Below are positions 57,734 to 64,000 of a stretch of 64,000 nt of DNA, piece by piece. Where the stretch lies: contig JAHDGY010000001.1 in the NCBI GenBank assembly GCA_020631555.1, positions 45,435 through 109,434 of the forward strand, read 5' to 3'. Position numbers and translations under genes: made by a program. How positions within the stretch are numbered: the first letter of the stretch is position 1; every line of letters starts with the position of its first letter. The notes beneath the pieces are model-generated. The model saw nothing but the letters and a program-made list of their open reading frames with translations. It did no database searches and was not told where the DNA came from. Origin of the DNA: Flavobacteriales bacterium (GTDB lineage Bacteria > Bacteroidota > Bacteroidia > Flavobacteriales_D > Parvicellaceae).

Positions 57734-58865
57734 GATTCCCCCTCTTCACTTCCTGTTCTTTGTAAACCGTTCGGCTAACGTTTAATATTACCCCGATGGA
57801 AACACAAGTAAACAATATTGACGTCCCGCCCATACTAATTAGTGGCAAAGGCTGCCCTGTTACCGGGAGAATGTTTACACCGACTCCCATATTTATCAAT
57901 GCTTGGATTACAATGGAAAAGCTTAGTCCAAAAACCAAATAAGACCCAAATAAACTTTCTGTCTTTGTAGCTACCTTAATTGATCTAAACAACAAAATCA
58001 AATAAAGCAACAGAGTTCCAATCCCACCAATCATTCCGCCCCAATCCTCTAGAATCGAAGCATAAACAAAATCGGATTGAGCTGAATACATCATATTCTT
58101 TATGGATCCTTTACCGGGACCGTTGCCCAACCAACCACCGTTTACGATGGCTATTTTAGCCTGATTAGCCTGATAATTTACAACCACTTCCCCCGATTCA
58201 AAACTTGAAATTCGTGACATCCAGGTCTCCCACCTTGGAAGCGTTCCAGGTCGAACAGCGTTTATTCCGGCGAGAATTCCGAAAACCAACACAGCCACAC
58301 CCACAATTCCAGCTAAATGTTTAACTGCCGCTCCCCCAACAAACAACAGGGTAAAGCAAATGACAAAGACCAAGAAAGCAGTGGAAAAGTCAGACGGCAT
58401 TATCAGGATGCAAATTGTTGCAATGGGAATCATAATTGGTACTAGCCCCTGCTTAAAACTCTTTAACTTCTCCTTCCTAACAACAAGAAAACGTGCGACG
58501 TAAATAATTAGCACGATTTTAGCCAAATCAGATGGCTGAAACCCCAAGAGCCATCTTTGAGCCGAGTTGATATTTCTTCCGGCAACCATTGTAACAAGCA
58601 GCAGTACTACTGAAACCCATATACCTAACACCGAGAGTCGGGATAAATATTTGAAATCAAAATGCTGCATATAAAACATCCCACCAACCCCCAACACCAA
58701 CATGGTGACATGTTTAAATAAATATGGAGTAGCATCTCCATCACTGAGACGAATAGCCAAATTCGCACTAGAACTATACCCAACCAACACGGAAAACAAA
58801 ACCATGAGCAGCACTACAGCCCAGATGACCTTGTCTCCTTTAAGGTATTTATCTAATACGTTCAT
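57720..58865 (-). CDS. ftsW: peptidoglycan glycosyltransferase FtsW (SEDS family)
   Basis: 381-aa multi-pass membrane protein with QPSDLAKI and TGQPLPLISMGGTSILF. Confidence 0.9.
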   Translation of the reverse strand: MNVLDKYLKGDKVIWAVVLLMVLFSVLVGYSSSANLAIRLSDGDATPYLFKHVTMLVLGVGGMFYMQHFDFKYLSRLSVLGIWVSVVLLLVTMVAGRNINSAQRWLLGFQPSDLAKIVLIIYVARFLVVRKEKLKSFKQGLVPIMIPIATICILIMPSDFSTAFLVFVICFTLLFVGGAAVKHLAGIVGVAVLVFGILAGINAVRPGTLPRWETWMSRISSFESGEVVVNYQANQAKIAIVNGGWLGNGPGKGSIKNMMYSAQSDFVYASILEDWGGMIGGIGTLLLYLILLFRSIKVATKTESLFGSYLVFGLSFSIVIQALINMGVGVNILPVTGQPLPLISMGGTSILFTCVSIGVILNVSRTVYKEQEVKRGNHAIA

Positions 58866-59372
58866 CTATTGCTTTAAATCATAAACTAGTTTCCTAAATT
58901 GCTCTCCCCTATCCCTAAAATCTTGAAACATATCATAGCTTGGAACAGCAGGAGACAAAAGGACAATATCTCCCTGTTTACAATGCATTTTTGCTTCATG
59001 CACCGCTGAAGACAACGAATGAACCTCATGATAATGATCCACCAGTGGCTTCAGACGATCAACAATTTGATCATCATTTGCAATTCCAAAACTTATCAAG
59101 GATTTCACCTTGTATTGAGTTAACCTTTCAACCAAATGATAGTCAACCGGATAATCGCACGTTCCCACAATCCAAATAACTGGCTTTTGAACTAACTCCA
59201 ACGAATGACATGTTGCTTGTGGATCGGTAGCTTTGGAATCATTAATCCAATCAACACCATTAATTGTATCTACCAATTCAAAGCGATGCGCAACATCCGC
59301 AAACTGCCGAAGGCTTTTCTTTCTGACCTCCAGTAGATTTTCTCTATAATTACTAGTTCTAGTGCGATGCAT
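58866..59372 (-). CDS. Stand-alone Mur-ligase C-terminal domain protein (diverged paralog of MurD domain 3)
   Basis: 168 aa. It aligns with the last roughly 150 residues of the adjacent MurD through the shared strings HR.E.V, INDSKAT, IWIVG, SPA..S.D.F and DRG.QF. It has no P-loop and no N-terminal domain. The ATG lies 18 nt after the murD stop, and its TAG stop abuts the ftsW ATG. Confidence 0.65.
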   Translation of the reverse strand: MHRTRTSNYRENLLEVRKKSLRQFADVAHRFELVDTINGVDWINDSKATDPQATCHSLELVQKPVIWIVGTCDYPVDYHLVERLTQYKVKSLISFGIANDDQIVDRLKPLVDHYHEVHSLSSAVHEAKMHCKQGDIVLLSPAVPSYDMFQDFRDRGEQFRKLVYDLKQ

Positions 59373-59390
59373 GCTGGTGCTTTTAAGCGT

Positions 59391-60725
59391 TTAAAGCGCT
59401 CTTACCGCTCTTTTAAACTGGTTGCCACGATCCTCGTAGTTCTCAAATAAATCGAAACTTGCACAAGCTGGAGACATTAAAACTGAATGTCCTTTTTCTG
59501 CCATTCGATACGCTAATGCTACCGCTTCGTTTGCAGATCCAGCGTCAACCATATTCTCAACAATATTTCCAAAAGCGTTGTGAATCTTTTTATTGTCCTT
59601 TCCTAGACATACTATTCCAACAACCTTTTGTCGAATCAGATCCTCTAATTCCGAGTAGTCATTGCCTTTATCCACACCTCCGACAATCCAAATCGTTGGA
59701 TTCTGCATGCTTTCTAGCGCATACCAAGTAGAATTAACGTTAGTGGCTTTGGAATCGTTGATAAATTCAATCCCGTGAACTCGAGCCACAAACTCTAACC
59801 GATGTTCAATGTTTTGAAAGTCCGAAAGGCTTTCTCGAATAATTTCTTTTCTAATTTCTAACACACGTCCGGCAATTCCTGCAGCCATTGAATTGCTTTG
59901 ATTGTGTTTTCCTTGTAGTGCTAAATCGTGTACTGACATTTTTGTTTGTTGGTTATTTATGATTGTTATTATTTCCTCATTTTTTATGAATGCTCCAGCA
60001 TTCAACTCTTTATCTAAACTGAAAGGAAGGCAGGTCGATTGGACCTTTCGTTTGCCCATTTCATCCTGAATAATTGGGTCGTCACTATTGTAAATCAGAA
60101 CATCTGCAGATGTCTGATTTTGAATAATGCGAAACTTAGCATCGATGTAGTTTTGCATTTTATTATCATACCTATCCAAATGATCTGGCGTGATATTTAA
60201 CAGCATTGCGATGTCCGCTTTAAATTGAAACATGCCATCGAGCTGAAAACTGCTTAACTCCAAAACGTAATAATCAAAATCCTCCTCCGCAACCTGTTTC
60301 GCGAAACTGGCACCAATATTCCCTGCCAACCCAACGTTCAATCCAGCTTTTTTAAGAACATGGAAAGTCAACATCGCCGTTGTGGTTTTCCCGTTACTTC
60401 CGGTAACACAAATAGTTGTTGCTTTTGTATACCTCCCGGCAAACTCTATCTCCGAAATCACAGAAATATTCAAATCGCGCAACTTCTTAACTAACGGAAC
60501 TGATTCTGGAATTCCTGGACTTTTAACTACCTCATCGGCTTGCAAAATCTTGTGCTCACTATGCTTGCCTTCTTCCCAGTTTATGTCATAATTTGTAAGA
60601 ACGTCTCGGTATTCTTGTGCAACAACGCCACTATCGGACACAAACACTTCAAATCCCTTTTTCTGAGCGAGAATTGCTGTTCCCACTCCACTTTCTCCTG
60701 CTCCCAACACCACTAACAGCTTCAT
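59391..60725 (-). CDS. murD: UDP-N-acetylmuramoylalanine--D-glutamate ligase
   Basis: 444 aa with the N-terminal string VLGAGESGVG, the P-loop GSNGKTTT, INDSKATN, GGVDKGNDY, and C-terminal SPACASFDLFENYEDRGNQF. Confidence 0.93.
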   Translation of the reverse strand: MKLLVVLGAGESGVGTAILAQKKGFEVFVSDSGVVAQEYRDVLTNYDINWEEGKHSEHKILQADEVVKSPGIPESVPLVKKLRDLNISVISEIEFAGRYTKATTICVTGSNGKTTTAMLTFHVLKKAGLNVGLAGNIGASFAKQVAEEDFDYYVLELSSFQLDGMFQFKADIAMLLNITPDHLDRYDNKMQNYIDAKFRIIQNQTSADVLIYNSDDPIIQDEMGKRKVQSTCLPFSLDKELNAGAFIKNEEIITIINNQQTKMSVHDLALQGKHNQSNSMAAGIAGRVLEIRKEIIRESLSDFQNIEHRLEFVARVHGIEFINDSKATNVNSTWYALESMQNPTIWIVGGVDKGNDYSELEDLIRQKVVGIVCLGKDNKKIHNAFGNIVENMVDAGSANEAVALAYRMAEKGHSVLMSPACASFDLFENYEDRGNQFKRAVRAL

Positions 60726-60728
60726 TGT

Positions 60729-61958
60729 TTACCTAACTTTTAAGGTCACAATAGAAAGGACTGCCAGCAGTATTCCTACAATCCAGAACCGAGCAACAAT
60801 TTTCGCTTCCGGAATATTTTTCTTCTGATAATGATGATGCAGCGGAGACATCAGAAAAATTCTTCTACCTTCGCCATATTTTTTCTTCGTGTACTTGAAA
60901 TAGCTCACCTGCATCACTACAGACAGATTTTCAATGATGAAAATTCCACAGAAAATTGGCACCAATAGTTCTTTTCGAATCGCGATGGAAAAAGTGGCAA
61001 TAATACCACCCAAGGCCAGACTTCCAGTGTCTCCCATAAACACTTGAGCGGGAAATGAATTATACCAGAGAAAACCAACACATGCTCCAATAAATGCGGA
61101 GATAAAAACCACCAGTTCTCCTGTATTTGGGATGTAAAGAATATTTAAGTAATCAGCAAAAATTGCATTGCCTGATAAATATGCAAGAACAGCTAATGTG
61201 ACGCCAATAATTGCTGAAGTACCGGTCGCTAGCCCATCCAATCCGTCGGTTAAATTTGCGCCATTAGATATTGCGGTTACGATCAGAATTACAATAAAAA
61301 TGAATACGGTTGGTGTCAACCAAGATTGTACATTTTCACTCGCCCAATCCGTAAGCCAAGCGTAATCAAATTCATTGTTCTTCACAAAAGGAATAGTCGT
61401 TTTGGTTGATTTTACAGTCTCCCAATTAGCCATCTTGTCACTTGCATTTCCAATTTGAATGGGATCGACAGAAACCCTCTCTTTAATAACGACATCATCG
61501 TTAAAATATAGCATTGATCCTACGATTAACCCCACTCCAACTTGACCGATTATTTTGAACTTTCCTTCGAGTCCTTTCTTATTCTTTTTAACAACCTTAA
61601 TGTAGTCATCCAAAAATCCGATTAGCCCCAACCAGATAGTTGCAATCAACATGGTAACGGTATAGATATTATCCAATTTTGCAAACAAGAGTGTCGGGAC
61701 CAAAATTGCACCCAGAATAATAATCCCACCCATAGTTGGCGTTCCAGATTTGGACATTTGCCCTTCTAAACCTAAGTCCCTGATCGTTTCACCAACCTGC
61801 TTTATTTGCAGATATCTAATCAATCTCTTCCCGATTACCATGGAAATAATCAGTGAAGTAATCAAGGCAATTGCGGCCCGAAACGAAATGTACTGGAACA
61901 ATCCTGCTCCAGGCAAGTTGGTCACTTCTTCGAGATATGTAAACAAATGATACAGCAT
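60729..61958 (-). CDS. mraY: phospho-N-acetylmuramoyl-pentapeptide-transferase
   Basis: It has [25 protein letters not shown] and SPLHHHYQ. The start is set at ATG 61958, 1 nt after the murE stop, rather than the overlapping ATG 61988. Confidence 0.93.
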   Translation of the reverse strand: MLYHLFTYLEEVTNLPGAGLFQYISFRAAIALITSLIISMVIGKRLIRYLQIKQVGETIRDLGLEGQMSKSGTPTMGGIIILGAILVPTLLFAKLDNIYTVTMLIATIWLGLIGFLDDYIKVVKKNKKGLEGKFKIIGQVGVGLIVGSMLYFNDDVVIKERVSVDPIQIGNASDKMANWETVKSTKTTIPFVKNNEFDYAWLTDWASENVQSWLTPTVFIFIVILIVTAISNGANLTDGLDGLATGTSAIIGVTLAVLAYLSGNAIFADYLNILYIPNTGELVVFISAFIGACVGFLWYNSFPAQVFMGDTGSLALGGIIATFSIAIRKELLVPIFCGIFIIENLSVVMQVSYFKYTKKKYGEGRRIFLMSPLHHHYQKKNIPEAKIVARFWIVGILLAVLSIVTLKVR

Positions 61959-61959
61959 C

Positions 61960-63423
61960 CTATTTGCCCAGCAGATTAAACATTTCACTAATCACCTCAC
62001 AATCGTCAAATGGCAACTTTTCACCATCGACTTCCTGGCACTTTTCGTGCCCCTTTCCAGCCACAAGAAGTATATCTCCTTGATTAGCCATGGAACAAGC
62101 CATTTTTATTGCTTCTTTCCTATTAGGGATCGAAATCGTTTTCTTTAGATGAACCGAATCCACACCCTGCATCATATCGTCAATTATTTTCTCCGGATTT
62201 TCAGACCTTGGATTATCGGAAGTAAAAATTATTCGGTCGCTATACTTACAAGCAATTTTTGCCATCTGCGGTCGTTTACCCTTGTCCCGATCTCCGCCAC
62301 AACCTACCACCGTAATGACAGACTCATTTCCTGTTCGGATATCTTTTATCGTATTTAACACATTTTGAAGCGCATCCGGTGTATGTGCGTAATCTACAAT
62401 CGCAGTAACTCCATTTTGAGAACGCAAGTACTGAAACCTACCTTCAGGTGGTTTTAGGTTACTTAGCATTGCAAGAACATCTAACTTATCTTCACCGAGC
62501 TCCATCGCTACACTGTACGCTACAAGAGCATTATATGCATTGAAGCCACCAATTAGCTTGGTATACAAATCATGCCCATCAATCAAAAGTTGAAGTCCAT
62601 CAAATTGACTTTCAATGATGCGTGCACGGTAGTCTGCCACGTCCTGAATTGCATACCGTCGAACTTCCGCTTTGCAATCCTGAACCATGGTCTCTCCATG
62701 CAACTGATCGATATTAGTTAGCGCAAATGCTTCACTTGACAATCCATCAAAAAAGTTCTTTTTAGCCTTGATATAGGCGTCAAACGTTCCATGATAATCC
62801 AAGTGATCACGGGTAATATTTGTAAAAACTGCACCAGTAAATTTTAATCCAGCAATCCTGTTTTGGTCAACAGCATGAGAGCTTACTTCCATAAAACAGT
62901 GCGTACAGCCCTTATCAACCATGAGCGCCAACATCTCATTTAGTTCTAAAGAATTGGGCGTAGTATGTGTTGCTTCTATCTCTGTATTATGAATTTTGTT
63001 CACAACCGTAGACAGCAACCCCACCTTGTACCCAAGCATCCGGAACAAATTGTAAAGCAAGGTAACCGAAGTCGTTTTCCCATTAGTTCCAGTAACTCCA
63101 ATTAGCTTTAAAGACTCGGAAGGATGATCGTAGAAATTTGCAGCAACAACACCTAGCGAATGACCCGCATTTGGAACCATCACATAGGTTACTCCCTCAA
63201 CTTGTCTAGCAGGTAAATCTTCGCAAATTATGGCTATCGCCCCATTCTTAATTGCAGAATTGATAAACTCATGACCATCAACTTGAGTTCCTTTGATGGC
63301 GATAAAAATGGAACACGCCACAACTTTCCTTGAATCATAAGCAACATGTTCGATTGCAATATTGGTAGAACCGACTACATCCGCAATCCTTACACCGTAA
63401 ACTATGTCCTTTAACAACTTCAT
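61960..63423 (-). CDS. murE: UDP-N-acetylmuramoyl-L-alanyl-D-glutamate--2,6-diaminopimelate ligase
   Basis: 487 aa with the P-loop [10 protein letters not shown] and the DNPR motif (FTSDNPRSE) typical of meso-DAP-adding enzymes. Confidence 0.93.
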   Translation of the reverse strand: MKLLKDIVYGVRIADVVGSTNIAIEHVAYDSRKVVACSIFIAIKGTQVDGHEFINSAIKNGAIAIICEDLPARQVEGVTYVMVPNAGHSLGVVAANFYDHPSESLKLIGVTGTNGKTTSVTLLYNLFRMLGYKVGLLSTVVNKIHNTEIEATHTTPNSLELNEMLALMVDKGCTHCFMEVSSHAVDQNRIAGLKFTGAVFTNITRDHLDYHGTFDAYIKAKKNFFDGLSSEAFALTNIDQLHGETMVQDCKAEVRRYAIQDVADYRARIIESQFDGLQLLIDGHDLYTKLIGGFNAYNALVAYSVAMELGEDKLDVLAMLSNLKPPEGRFQYLRSQNGVTAIVDYAHTPDALQNVLNTIKDIRTGNESVITVVGCGGDRDKGKRPQMAKIACKYSDRIIFTSDNPRSENPEKIIDDMMQGVDSVHLKKTISIPNRKEAIKMACSMANQGDILLVAGKGHEKCQEVDGEKLPFDDCEVISEMFNLLGK

Positions 63424-64000
63424 TACATCAACTCCAGATCAATTTGACTTCCTCTATTTATCTTTACACCCTTGGCGAGGGATTGTTTGCGAACAGTGCC
63501 GCTACCAGTTACGCGAACCGTTAGCCCAGCGGTTTCTAACAAATACAAAGCATCCGACAATCCCATACCCAGAACATTCGGAACAGTTTGCTTCGCTATT
63601 CTTCTTTCCCGCATTTGAACTGCATTCTTTTGAGCGGTTGTAGCCACCCAGTCTAATTTGCCGCTTTGGTTGGTTTGCACCCCAAAATGATTCAACACCG
63701 TGATCAAATCTTTTGCACTACCATTTTTTGACGCTGGCTGTTTCGCGGCCAATTGTTTATCTATTTTTCGCTTTTTGCTTACTTCCAAATCTGCTGAATA
63801 CACCTTGTCAGCTATCTCCTTAAACACGGTTCCAGACACTACTGCCCCGTAAATATTCTTTGTTGGACCAGAGACAACTACTATGCACGAATACTTTGGC
63901 TCATCAGCCGGGAAATACCCGCAAAATGAAGCCTGATACTTAGAGGTATACCCCTTTGAAGAAGCGATTTTAGCAGTCCCTGTTTTTCCAGCGATTTTAA
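63423..64000 (-). CDS. ftsI: penicillin-binding protein (FtsI-type transpeptidase), C-terminal part only; the 5' end lies beyond the window
   Basis: The frame is open to the window edge and reads KIAGKTGTAKIASS..., which includes the KTG box. It ends with a PASTA-like domain (VPNVLGMGLSDALYLLETAGLTVRVTGSGTVRKQSL). The stop overlaps the murE start as TAATG. Confidence 0.85.
   Translation of the reverse strand, partial: KIAGKTGTAKIASSKGYTSKYQASFCGYFPADEPKYSCIVVVSGPTKNIYGAVVSGTVFKEIADKVYSADLEVSKKRKIDKQLAAKQPASKNGSAKDLITVLNHFGVQTNQSGKLDWVATTAQKNAVQMRERRIAKQTVPNVLGMGLSDALYLLETAGLTVRVTGSGTVRKQSLAKGVKINRGSQIDLELM

Noticed and set aside
61959-61988. Ten-codon N-terminal extension of mraY from ATG 61988.
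   Set aside because: It would overlap the murE 3' end. The ATG at 61958 gives the usual MraY N-terminus and a 1-nt spacer.

Overview
This is an AT-rich 64-kb chromosomal segment that reads as Bacteroidota, probably a Flavobacteriia-type organism. The signs are T9SS type A and type B C-terminal sorting domains, exact TAnnTTTG -7 boxes just upstream of several starts, and the gene orders ileS/dksA-like/lspA and rplM-rpsI-rpsB-tsf-pyrH. I can support about 50 protein genes, nearly all housekeeping. They include moaA, a hutG/hutF pair facing an fhs-fdhD-ydeP-like formate operon, ileS, purQ, rplM-rpsI, rpsB-tsf-pyrH, sucAB and era-der. A complete division/cell-wall cluster (ftsI-murE-mraY-murD-ftsW-murG-murC-ftsQ-ftsA-ftsZ) lies on the minus strand and runs off the right edge. 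There is one tRNA (initiator Met). I see no rRNA, CRISPR array, prophage, intact transposase or recognisable defence island. Accessory content consists of four T9SS-sorted secreted proteins, a 1252-aa repeat-rich surface protein, an orphan thioesterase/PPTase pair, two orphan response regulators, and three decayed insertion-sequence loci (8879-9529, 16891-17121, 26189-26232) that share end sequences. I do not see a convincing new multi-gene system. The most unusual item is an intact but strongly diverged stand-alone copy of the MurD C-terminal domain between murD and ftsW (58866-59372). Next in interest are the surface-protein plus CTD-only gene pair and the IS decay series. All calls rest on reading the supplied translations and the DNA by eye; no database search, alignment program or RNA folding was run.
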